A program made the translations under genes and the position numbers. From Chlorokybus atmophyticus (Eukaryota; Plantae; Mesostigma and Chlorokybus algae): DNA of 64,000 bases. The stretch covers positions 372,001 to 436,000 of the forward strand of contig RHPI01003389.1 of the NCBI GenBank assembly GCA_009103225.1. Reading direction: 5' to 3'. Positions 51,340 to 62,600 of the stretch are shown piece after piece (position 1 is the stretch's first letter; each line of letters begins with the position of its first letter). Under the pieces are notes generated by a model, which was given only the letters and a program-made list of their open reading frames with translations, was not told the origin of the DNA and made no database searches.

Positions 51340-54000
51340 CTAGCGAATGTACTCGGCACAGAAGTTAGTGGGACCCCCAGCTATTACGAAAAGCCTCCAC
51401 CATCGCTGCCCGCACTCCATCCTTCCGCAGAGATGTCCGCACACAAGCATCCATTCTTCCTTTGCCCGCTGCAGAACATGATGCGCCACCTGCGCACGTA
51501 AGCCTGTAAAGGAGGGCGCCTCCCACCATAACGCACTTTGCACCTGTGAGACCAAAGAAGCCACAACCCCATAGCCCGCATCGACTGCCACACCTCGCCT
51601 AAGTGGGAGTGGCAGTGTGCGGGATGATAAATTTAAAAAAGGTGAGACAGGTGAGAGGTCAACAGCAAGGCCCGGCCTGCGCATGAAGCTACCGCACATG
51701 TTTCAAAGCCGAATTGCCAGCTCACAGCTGACGAAGTGCAGCACTGTCTCAACATCCGCGACTCCACATGTCATGCACGCCGGCTCCAGGTCTTAGTGCT
51801 GGAGGCAGTCCCCCGTGTACAAGCAATTGTGTGCTATATGCCAAAGTAGTAAGCGGATCTTCCCGGCCACAGGGAGCCCATGGATGCGTTGCCACACCTG
51901 CGGCCACGGTATCAATGAAGCCAGCATCTTTCAGCGATGCTGGGCTGGCTTAAAGCTGCGGGCTTTACTTGCGAGTCGCCAATAGCCAATGCGGGAGGAG
52001 TAATCCTAGGCTGATAGAGGCCTGGATATTGGAGGGAGAGAGTCTGCATCCCAGGAGCTAGGGTTGAAATGCAGATCAAACAGCGGCTCTCGTGCCACCA
52101 CCCAACCTTGATAACGCGCTCCCACGGAGAGGTCCTGCCAGGCTGAAGAATGCGGGTGAAGACTCCGCCGCCAGCGAGAGGGGGGAGGGAGCACTCTCAC
52201 TCGGCGGAGGGGAGCAGTCAATTCGCTTGCAAACGCCTGAAGGTCTGCCAGTGTACAGTTCAGCGCCCGTTAGTGAAAACTTTGTGCCGGAGCACACCGA
52301 CAATGCGGAGGACTCCACGTAAAGAACCGCCTCCAATAAACCATCCACTTCGAAAAGCGCCCACCAATCTCCGACCTGCGGAGGAGCTGGGCTAGTGAAG
52401 AGTAGCAACCGCTAGCTCTTGAGGATACTCGACAACATAGGAAAGAGAAGGCAAGCTGTGTCTGAAGGAACCCATAGTGAGAGGCGATCCGCAGTGTAGG
52501 GCTGATGAAGCAAGTCACCCCACAGATCCCATACACGCATAAAACCTGCTGCTGCCCACGGGAGAAACTGTCTGCAAAAGGGGCCCGCCCCCCACACACG
52601 GCCATCAATTAAGCGGAGGATTTTCCCCTTCGAAGAGGATAAAAAGGGGATAAAAAAAAAGGGGTTGTCGAAGCACCTCTACATACGTAGACGGCTGCAC
52701 CGGCACTAATGGTCGAACGCGCAGCCAAGCTTTGAAGATGGCTGACCGGTGGGTAGGAACGCGAGAGTGAATGCGCAGACCCTCCGAGAAGAGTACTGCC
52801 CCCTCCGGAACCCACTGCACCTCAGGATGCTGAGAATTGCTGAACTAGGCGCGCGAGTGCCGAAAGCCTAGCACCTTCCACAATGCCCAGCTGGGGTCCC
52901 CCGGCCACGAGGCCCACTTGGCAAACAGAGCCTGCGTCTTGAGCTCCGGGTCAAGCACGCCCATGCCGCATTGCTTGCGATGGAGGCAGATGACGTCCCA
53001 GCACACTCGCCTGCTCACCGCTGGGGCTGCCTCCGGAAAAGAGGGACTCCACAAGAATGCGGTGCACGCGCTTTGATGAGGCCTGCAACATAGACCTAGC
53101 AGGTGTTGCGATAGCCGCTAGGTACCACAGACACACAATAACGGAATGATTTGCGACTAGCGCCCTCCCCAGCAGCAAAACATGATGGCGTGACTCAAGC
53201 TGCAGGCGGGACTGTTTTCGATCCAACACAGCCTGGTATAGCTGTTGCTGCTGAAGGGACAGGTAAAGAGGAACACCAAGCAAAGTAGCTGCCTCGCCGG
53301 GGGTAACCACGTGACGCCCCAAGCACCTGGCGGTGGAGCAGCGTGTGCTGCCCCCAGCAAGATTCCCACCGACTTGGGAAGATTTAGGGCGGAGTCGGAT
53401 GCCAAGCAGTAGCACTGAATAATCATAGGAAAGACCGTGTAGCTGCCATCAACGGTGGACAGAAACACTGCTGTATCGTCAGCAAAGGAGAAGTATCAAA
53501 TCTCCAGGTGCGCTCCGCTCCCCAACCCCCCCGGGGGTCCCTTGCTGGGAAGAACCAACCCATGCAAGGAGGGTGAGAAGCGCAGCATGCTGACCAAGGC
53601 CTCCGTAGCCAAAACGCAGAGAGCTGTGGCCAGAGGACTTTGACGGACGCTTCGTTGTAGGGCGCATTGAGCAGAGAGATGCCCATTCACAAACACTGAG
53701 CTGGTTCCGCTCCCATTGAGAGTCGCACCCAACCCATAGACCGTGAGGGGAAGCCTTGAGAGCGCATAACCTCCTCTAGACATTGCCAATCAAACCGATC
53801 ATAGGCCTTCTGAAAACCCAAGAGGAGAAGTTCCACGTGCTGGTTAGACTCCTACGCGTAGCCCATAGAGCATCAAGAGCGGTGAGGACGTTGTCCAGGA
53901 TGTACCGCTTTGCTGGTGGTTTGAGGTGGGAAGGTGCGAAGAAGTGCAGCGTATAGGTCCTTGAGTGAAGAGTTAGAAATGGTAGCACCTACAATAATGG
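51340..54000 (-). mobile_element. 5'-truncated, decayed L1/Tx1-clade LINE ORF2 (RT through zf-RVT)
   Basis: YILDNVL, GFQKAYDR, VNGHLS...RSVRQSPL, LYADDTAVFL, LLGVPL, GRALVAN, VCWDVICL..KQCGMGV, WAAAGFMRVWDL, WQRIHGLPVAGKIRLLLWH...CMTCG..ETVLHFVSC. Confidence 0.9.
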
Positions 54001-54328
54001 CTGGTGCGCGAGTAAGTGCGCGAGTGAGTTATATAGCTATAGCTGCCGATGTTGCTTGCCTGTGCGGTGAAAGTACTTTTTCAAGTTTGGTTTGCCAATT
54101 GTTCAAGCTCTTAAAGGGTTACCAAGTTGCTTTCTATGCATTCTTACTTGCTTGTGGTAAACTCTGCTTTGCACTGCAAGCGAGTGCTTTCTGCTCTCAT
54201 AAGCAATGCATGCCAAAAGCTAAATTCAATAAAAATTCGTTAATTCTAAATGTAATTGTTAAAGTACTTGAGTCATTGACTGGGTGTATTGTGTTATCGC
54301 CTCATTTGAGCTAGCCAACCGCGTTCCC

Positions 54329-56845
54329 ATGGAAGATGACCGTCCGCCACTACGAGAGTCCTCCTCTCCAGCTAGACTACATGTGGAGGAGGACTCTTCC
54401 GATGATTAGAGTGAACCTCTACAAGCATGTTGTCTGCCACTGCTCCACTTGCCGTGGCAAGGTAAGGCATTGCTCCTATAACAACTCACATTATGATGGT
54501 TCAGCGCGCATTTAAGTGGTATCACACATTTTGCGCATGCAGCGTGCTCTCCTCTTGTGGCATGCCACCTTTTGCTCACGCAGCGTCTGGTGATGCTCTC
54601 CCTCTCACCTATTGTGTTTGTGCTTTGCTTAAATCAACCACTTTTTGTCGCAGAGCGCTATTCTGCAAACCGCTGAATCACCATGCCTTCGGCCGCGCAG
54701 CTTACGAGTATGTGGCAGTGCCTGCAACGCCTTCAAGTGAGTCGAAAACGACACTGCCACCGACGTCCCAACCGTCACCCACTCCGGCAAAATCTTGGTT
54801 GCATGTTATCTTCGACTTCGTGCTCATTGTCGAAGACGGATCTGTCAGCCAGGCAACGCTTGGAAAGGTGCTTCAGTGCGTCTTCGGTGACAATGAAGAC
54901 TCTCTTGTCAGCCTCGCCCAACGGTTGCCTTTGGACCGTAAGCAACTTGAAGCGTGCAACTTTATGTATACTAGCTCCGACCCTCCCTCCTCTACCAGCC
55001 TGCAGATAACAGTCTATCGCCGTAACGCTCTGCTCACGAAGATGGGCATGCCACTTCTTGCTCACAGCGTTTGATCCACTGCAATCAACTCTTTAAGCAG
55101 CCATACCTCTCTGCGGCGAATGAAGACGAAATGTGATGAGGCGCAGAAGGAATCAAAGAAAGCTAAAAAAAAGAACGCTTTGATCAGGAGAGCTGCTAAT
55201 GTGAACGCACTCGAAAGGAGTGCGTAAACTTGTACTACTTGTACATGGAGTTACGACTTTATGTGATGCTCTCTGTCCCTTCCATCTGCTACGACATGCT
55301 CGCTTGCTGGCGGGACATGGATACCTGGCTTGAAAACCTCCCAACCTCCCAACCGACGACACTTTCTTGGGATAGAGAGTTGGCATGGCACAAGGTGGCG
55401 CGAGCTCTCGCACTTCTGTGATCTTAAAGCAGTGTTCCCTCCTCCACCAGTCATGCAAAGTGGTGCCACTTGATGATGAAGTTGAGTGTCAAGGCAGCTA
55501 TGTCCGCTTTAACTGCTTGAACTATTTGATAAGCGACCATCAACCTCTTCAACTAGTTTACGGAGATCCGCGCAACATTGCGTTAATACTGCATTAAGAC
55601 GGCATCATGGCAACCACTACAACGAAGTGCAGCTCTCTGGTCATGGACGTCGTGCCTCCTAATACAGGGAAGCGTATGTCATCATGCACTGAAGCCATCC
55701 TGCGTGTCGGCTTCGTGCCCATTGATGACGTGCGCAACGACATCGATTGCATGGACCTCTTCCTGAAGCTTGTCGTTGATGAGCTGCAGCGCTTATACCT
55801 GCACGGCTTCTCCACTCGCTGCGGGCTGGACTCCATGTCGGTCGATGATCATCTTCCAGCTCGCTTGCATGGTGAGTTCCCCAGCAGCTCACCCACCTTT
55901 TGCTACCCTTGTTTGTGCCAATAGCAGCATCCACATTTTGCTAGCCTTAAGCTTGCATTGCCGGCACCCACCTTTTGCTATTCACCTCTTACTACCCTTG
56001 TTCATGCACATAGCAGCATCCACCTTTTGCCCGTCTTGCATTGCTAGCACCCACCATTCGCTGCCTCGGCACCGTCAGCCACCTTTTGCTGCCCACCACT
56101 TACCACCCACCTTTGTTGGCTTGTATGCAGGAGGGGGGGGGGAGAGGTTACAATTTTGCGTGTGGTGGCCTTAAGCTAGACAGATGACCACCTCGCAGTG
56201 CGCACTTGGCAAGTTCAAGAATAAAGGTTATTGCGCTCGTCGTCGCGTCGTGAGCTCGAAGGTACCCTTATGGATGTTAAGCGCACAGCGAAGGCCGAAC
56301 AATTGAACCCGGACACTGGCGACAGCTACACCAAGGATGTGGAAAGCAAAAGACGGTAGATCTGCTATGCCATCAACCGTTTTCAAGCTCGCCGTTTTCT
56401 TAAAGCAAGAACAGTTGAGGAGACATACGTGCACGTGCAGACAGAAAAGACGCACCATGATCAAGCGGCTTACTCTAAGAATTGCGGTGTTACTGAAAAT
56501 TGCAACCTTAGAGGCTATGGAGGCAATGGTTTTGACCCTTGCAAGGACCTCATCTTCGATATCATGCACACATTTGCCGAGGGCCTAGTGAAGAGTCTTG
56601 CGGCGAGAACTCTCATAAAAGCTGGGCAGGGAAGGGTCAGCGTTGCACAATCCAAAGCCCTGCTCTCCAACATGAAGATTGCTAGACCTAAAGAGCTAAA
56701 GGGTCGCTTTTCATATAAAATCACTAATAGGCTTACGTACTGAAAGGCCCAAGACCAACAGTTCTTTATGCGGTTTTGCGTGCCTTACGCTTTGACGCAC
56801 CTTGTGGGAGAGGAGCGAAGTGACTTGTGATGACCCTGCACACGA
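54329..56845 (+). pseudogene. CACTA/EnSpm Tnp2 transposase pseudogene with introns; resumes at 63914-64000 after the LTR insertion
   Basis: VCHCSTC; DPRNIALILH*DG (cf. EPRNIRFALSTDG); MDLFLKLVVDELQRLYLHG (cf. IDVYLQPLIDEL..LW.EG); CGV...GFDPCKDLIFDIMH; TY*KAQDQQFF (cf. WKA.E...F); LFQLADNLLKSL after the TSD. Confidence 0.82.
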
Positions 56846-57185
56846 TGTAACGGAGTGCTACCTCTATAGAGGTTCCCCGCCCTTATTTAGGATTAAATAA
56901 GGGTCCCAACGGGTATATACAGCCAATTAAGCCGTATTAGGGCCGTTAACCTAGTATTAAGGCCCTAATGTAGTGTTACTTAACTGTAACACTGATATCG
57001 ACATGAGACATGAGTCTCATGTCGATATCAGCTGTATGGCAGCACTGCTAACGCAGCCGCCGCCATAGCCAGGGGATCTTCTGCTTCGGCAGTTGCCCCT
57101 GGCGGCGGCGGTGTGGTCGGCGTGGCTGGTGGTGGTGTTGGGGTAGGGGATTAAAGGGAGGAGGTAGCACCCCCTCTCGTTACAT

Positions 57186-57197
57186 TGGTATCGGAGC
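57186..57197 (+). promoter_or_regulatory. Primer-binding site complementary to the 3' end of tRNA-iMet
   Basis: TGGTATCGGAGC, 1 nt after the LTR; differs from the plant-type TGGTATCAGAGC by one G-U-compatible change. Confidence 0.88.
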
Positions 57198-57383
57198 ACG
57201 GGCGGCAAGGGGCCTGTGGGAGGGGCGGCGGCAGGCGGCAGGGGCGGCGGCAGGCGGCAGGCGGCGGCAAGCGGCAGCGACGTTAAACTAGTGGTAGTTA
57301 AAGTGTTTTATGTTTTAACTATAATAGTTAAACGCTGCTGCTGGTGCCTAGCCTAGCCTAGCCTAGCCTAGCTTGCCATGCCA

Positions 57384-57802
57384 TGCATGCCATGCCTAGC
57401 CTAGCATGCCTGTCCTTGTCTAGTTTCTTATTGTGTGAAGGGATCCGGCCATTCAGGCCTGTCCCTGAAGCATTACATTGCAGCACAACACATAGTAAAA
57501 ATACATTGATTGTATTATATTGTGTGTGTACCACCACGTGGATTCGTGGTGGTGTAAGGGTTTTTCTATTAATTTGGAAACTCCCTTGGGGGNTGCATGC
57601 CATGCCTAGTCTAGCATGCCTGTCCTAGTCTAGTTTGTTATTGTGTGAAGGGAGCCGGCCATTCAGGCCTATCCCTGAAGCATTGCATTGCAGCACAACA
57701 CATAGTAAAAATACATTGATTGTATTATATTGTGTGTGTACCACCACGTGGATTCGTGGTGGTGTAAGGGTTTTTCTATTAATTTGGAAATTTCCTTGGG
57801 GG
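57384..57802. repeat. ~209-bp direct duplication in the retrotransposon leader, joined by a single N (probable assembly artefact)
   Basis: Copies at 57384-57592 and 57594-57802, with n at 57593. Confidence 0.85.
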
Positions 57803-58216
57803 GGGCAGTTCGGTGGCAACATCGACTATCTCATTGCCGCCATTTTGAGCGGTGAGGCCGCCAGAATTTTTTGAGCGGCCGATATCAAACTCACCATTCA
57901 CAACTAGTCGATATCGGCCTGTAAGGTCGATTTGACGAGATTTTGGCACCCTGTATGTCAATCACAGTTGTGAATTGTGCTGGGTTGTACAAAGTGAAAA
58001 CTTTGAGAAATCATAACTCGTGAACCGTTGCGTGGATTCGCGCACAGTTTGTTGCAGAGTGAGTGTCTAGTTGAGAGGTATGTGGAGAGCTCTTTTGGGG
58101 CTGTAAACTCCACTGTAACGCCTCAAAACTTGACGAGACAAAATCATTAGATTTTACCTGTATTGCAGTGCACAATCTGAGTACTTGTGCACTTGCTAAC
58201 GGCTGTCTTTGGGCAG

Positions 58217-59680
58217 ATGTCTGACCAAGGAGAGGGAGGTGAGAAGTACTTTACCGTCCCTGACTCATCGTCATCATACGAACCATCAAGTGATGACAAA
58301 GTGAGAGACTCGGACACGAGTGAGAGCTACAAGCTCACTGAGAGTGACAAGGAGGAAGCTGCGCAGGATAGCGAAGCTTCTCCCAATCAATCTACTCAAA
58401 GTGGGCCAGCTACAATGGACACACAGTCTGTCATTGGTGGGGCTATTGAGAAGTATGCGCGAGAGCGCAAAGCCTTGATCGATGTTCACCCACAGCTTCG
58501 TCAGGAAGTGTGGGATGCATGGGCGCAGACGGTTCGTGATGGCTATGAGACAGACTTTGCCACACTCCCTCGTGCAAGCAAGGAGATGGTGATCCGCATG
58601 CTCGAGCATGAGCTGACGAACAACATCCCGCCACTCGTGCGAGGTGATCCAAAGGTGGCTGCTATCATGACCGTATATGATAAGCCTCTCCCTTACCAAG
58701 GCAAGCGAATGGCGTTTGAGGCTTTGGCCAACTTGGGAGTGGAAACCTCACAGCGTTGCAAGGACGTGTTCTGGTACTTGGGACCTAACTTGGAAGACAA
58801 GTTGACTGGCCGAGTGCAGTTGACGGCACGCCTTGATGCTATGCAGTCTGAGTTGGTGGCGCTGCGCCAACAGGTGGCGGGTGCTACTTCAGCAGCTGGT
58901 GCATCAGCGGGGCTGCCGGTTACGGCACTGAACAAGCCTGAGAAATTCAAGCCCAACGGCAGTGTCAGCATCCATGATTGGGTGGTCACTGTTGAGCACT
59001 ATTTGACAGCACTGAAGCGCCCAGTTGGTGAGCACATTGCTGTTGCTGAGTTGCTCATGCCATCTGACGCTCTCGCCGAGTGGGCGAGGCAGACAGAGGA
59101 TGGTGCGGCTAAGACAGTGGAGGCACTATTCAAGTTCCTTGTGGAGCGCTATGGTGGCATGGATCCGGCTACTCAGGCTCGCAACAAGCTCAACAAGCTG
59201 CGACAGAATGGCAAGACGGCTTCAGTCTATCTGCAGGAGTTCCAAGCGTTGGTGGGCCGCGTGAACAGTGGCCTCATGCCCATGGACAAGGCTGAGCAGT
59301 TTGAGTTGTACAAGCGCGGCTTGGATGCGCGTGTGCGCGATCAGCTGCAGTACAACACGGCAACGGGACTTCCTTGGATTCCTAAGGACTTGGCCAAGCT
59401 GCAGAAGCTGAGCGTGTGTCTGTACAGTGATGACACGGCGGTGCAGGAAAAGGCACATGTGGCAGCTGCGGCCAAGCCGCACGGGGTGGGAGGAAAGCGT
59501 TACCCTCAGCCGAGTGCGCACACGGCAAAGAAGGCGAAGACATTCACGCCTCCGACCGGTGGCACATCTGCTGGTGGTGCTACACCCGCTGCGGCTCGCA
59601 CCTGTTACGTCTGTCACCAGCCGGGCCACATTGCGAAGAACTGCCCCGCCAAGAAGGGCAAGGCCAAGAAGGTTGAATAG
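58217..59680 (+). CDS. gag: Gag (retrotransposon gag domain plus CCHC zinc knuckle)
   Basis: Open frame; KPEKF, ARNKLNKLRQNG..SVYLQEF, CYVCHQPGHIAKNC; ends in TAG. Confidence 0.93.
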   Translation: MSDQGEGGEKYFTVPDSSSSYEPSSDDKVRDSDTSESYKLTESDKEEAAQDSEASPNQSTQSGPATMDTQSVIGGAIEKYARERKALIDVHPQLRQEVWDAWAQTVRDGYETDFATLPRASKEMVIRMLEHELTNNIPPLVRGDPKVAAIMTVYDKPLPYQGKRMAFEALANLGVETSQRCKDVFWYLGPNLEDKLTGRVQLTARLDAMQSELVALRQQVAGATSAAGASAGLPVTALNKPEKFKPNGSVSIHDWVVTVEHYLTALKRPVGEHIAVAELLMPSDALAEWARQTEDGAAKTVEALFKFLVERYGGMDPATQARNKLNKLRQNGKTASVYLQEFQALVGRVNSGLMPMDKAEQFELYKRGLDARVRDQLQYNTATGLPWIPKDLAKLQKLSVCLYSDDTAVQEKAHVAAAAKPHGVGGKRYPQPSAHTAKKAKTFTPPTGGTSAGGATPAAARTCYVCHQPGHIAKNCPAKKGKAKKVE

Positions 59681-62600
59681 GATTACGCTGTAACTGATGT
59701 AGATGCGGTTGATAGCCAGTTGCTTGAGATGCAAGCAGCGAAATGGTTTGATAATCTGTCTCAAATGCATGTAATGACACATGCATGGCAAGCACATGAC
59801 AAGTTGCCACTCTTTGAGGTTGAAAAAGTGGAAGAGAATGCTTGTGTGCTTGTACATGTGGAGTTCAACATGCTTACCGATGTGTTGCATGCATTGACTG
59901 AGTTGCAGAATAAGCACAGAACCTTGAGTATGGTGGTGATGGTGCCAAAGTATCATGGCCCATGGTTAAAACATACTCGCGGAGGGTCTGTGTTGAAGCA
60001 ATTCAGCAAGCGTGAAACAAGGACAGTACGGTTGTCAGCCATATTGATCAACCCTCGCATTAGTCACGGACTCTTGGCTACATTTCAAGGACGGGTGGTA
60101 CCTCTGTTGTGGACATTTAGTGGCACAATGCAAGGTGTAAACAGTTCGTTCTTGATTGACACTGGTGCAACACACAACTTCGTTGAGGAACAATGGGTTG
60201 TGCGCAACAAGATAGCGTGTAAACCCTCAGCATTTTCAGCTGCCGGTGCGGGGGGTGCGTTGCCAGTGAAAGGGGAAATAAAAATGAAAGTAAAGATTGG
60301 TAATTATCATGCCACTCTTACTTTCATAGTGGTATCCATCGACATATCAGGTGTTGATGTGGTATTAGGACAGGAATGGCAGGAAAATGTCAAAATGACA
60401 TTGGATACTGGCGCACGCTTGTGCACAGTACAGAAAGGTCGTAAGCGTGTAACATTGTCTGTGAAAGGGTCACATAGCTTGGACCACAAGCAGACCGACC
60501 CTGCGCTACTCACTGCACTGCAAGTGAAACGTGCGTTGCGCAAAAATACACCGGCTTTTCTGGTACATTTGACGTCGTCGAACGACTTTGTGCCGGGAAA
60601 TACAGAAGGTGTTGCAGACATCATTGAGGAGTATCAAGATGTATTCTCAGATAAGTTGCTAGGCTTACCTCCTGATCGAGGTGTCGGACACACAATATCA
60701 CTCATTCCTGATAGTGAGCCTCCGTTTCGGCCTATATATAGGCTGAGCCCCCGCGAGAGGGGGGAAATGGAAACTCAAATCAAAGAGTTATTGGAAAAGG
60801 GATTGATTGAACCGAGTTCTTCACCCTTTGGCGCGCCTATCTTGTTTGTGATGAAAAAGAATGGAAAGCTGCGCATGTGTGTGGATTACCGTGCTTTGAA
60901 CAAGATCACGGTAAAGAATCGATACCCGCTGCCCCGGATTGATGATGTGTTTGATAAACTGTCGGGAAATGCGTACTTTAGTACGTTGGACTCGAGTGGG
61001 TATCATCAAATCCGGATTCATCCTTCTGATGTTTACAAGACAGCATTCAGAACACCTTCGGGCCATTATCAATACAAAGTGTTACCTTTTGGATTGACTA
61101 ATGCGCCCGCAGTGTTTCAGAAGGAAATGAATAAGATTTTTGGTGGCATACTTGGCAAGTATGTTATGGTTTACTTGGATGACATTATTGTCTTTAGTAA
61201 AACCAAGGAAGAGCATAAGCAGCACTTGGAAGCGGTGTTCGCCTTGCTGCGTACACATCGCTTGTTTGCCAATCTTGCGAAGTGTGACTTCTGCAAGACG
61301 GAGTTGCCATTCTTGGGGCACATTGTGAGCGGTGCGGGTGTGAAACCTGACCCTCGCAAAGTGCAAGTTGTAAAGGATTGGCCTCAACCTAAGAATATCC
61401 ATCAGCTGCGATCATTCTTGGGATTGGCAAACTACTTTCGCAAGTTTATGATGGGGTACTCCACAGTAGTGGTGCCTTTGACAAAACTGTTGCGAAAAGA
61501 TGCTCCATTCTTATGGACAGCTGAACAAGAAGCTGCTATGCAACAGGTGAAGCTAACTTTAACTTCTGCTCCAGTGTTGGCATTGCCAAACTGGGACAAG
61601 CATTTCACTGTGTTTAGCGATGCGTCCACCCTTGGGTGTGGTGCAGTACTGTTGCAAGATGGCAGACCATGTGCTTATGAGAGTAGGAAGTTCATCCCAG
61701 CAGAGGTGAATTACACTACCACCGAGCAAGAGTTGCTTGGTATAGTACATGCTCTGGAAACATGGCGATGTTACTTGGAGGGGGTTCAGTTCACAGTGGT
61801 GACTGATCATAATCCATTGGTGTATTTCTCAACACAGCAAAACTTGTCACGAAGGCAAGCCCGCTGGAATGAGTTTCTGTCTCGGTTTACCTTTGAGTGG
61901 GTATACCGGCCAGGCAGAACCAATGTTGCTGATCCTTTGAGTCGTTGTCCATCATTGTTGGCAGCTATGCGTGCGCAATTGCTTGCGACGCGCGGTACAT
62001 TGCCACCGGATGATGAGTTTGTGCAAGCTGTTGTGCAAGGGTATGCTTTTGACCCATGGTTCTCGTCAGAGGACAACGTGCAAAAGCTGAGCAAACGAGA
62101 CAACTTGTATTATGTGGGCACCAGCTTGGTAATACCTGACCATGCTGGATTGCGTGCGAAATGCATAGCTGATGTACACGATCCACCGTACGCTGGGCAC
62201 TTTGGCAGTCGCAAAACTGTTAGAGCAGCGCAACAGTTGTATTGGTGGCCATCGTTGCCTATTGACGCAAAACGGTATGTGGACACGTGTGACAAATGTC
62301 AGCGTGATAAGCCGTTACGTCAGAAACCCGCTGGTTTGCTGCGACCATTGCCTATTCCTGATGGCAAATGGGAAAGTGTGAGTATGGACTTAATTACTGA
62401 GCTGCCAGAGACAGCATTAGGTCACACTGCGGTTGCAGTTATTGTGGATCATTTGACAAAAATGGTCCACATTGTCCCTTGTCGCACGGAGATCGGCTCC
62501 CATGAGTTGGCGATGGTTTTTGTCGCGTCTGTGTTCAAGTTGCATGGCTTGCCCCGCAATTTTGTGTCAGATCGCGATCTGCGATTTGTGGCTCAGTTTT

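Noticed and set aside
58187-58216. Gag start at the ORF-track position 58187
   Set aside because: That position is a GTG codon; the first ATG is at 58217.
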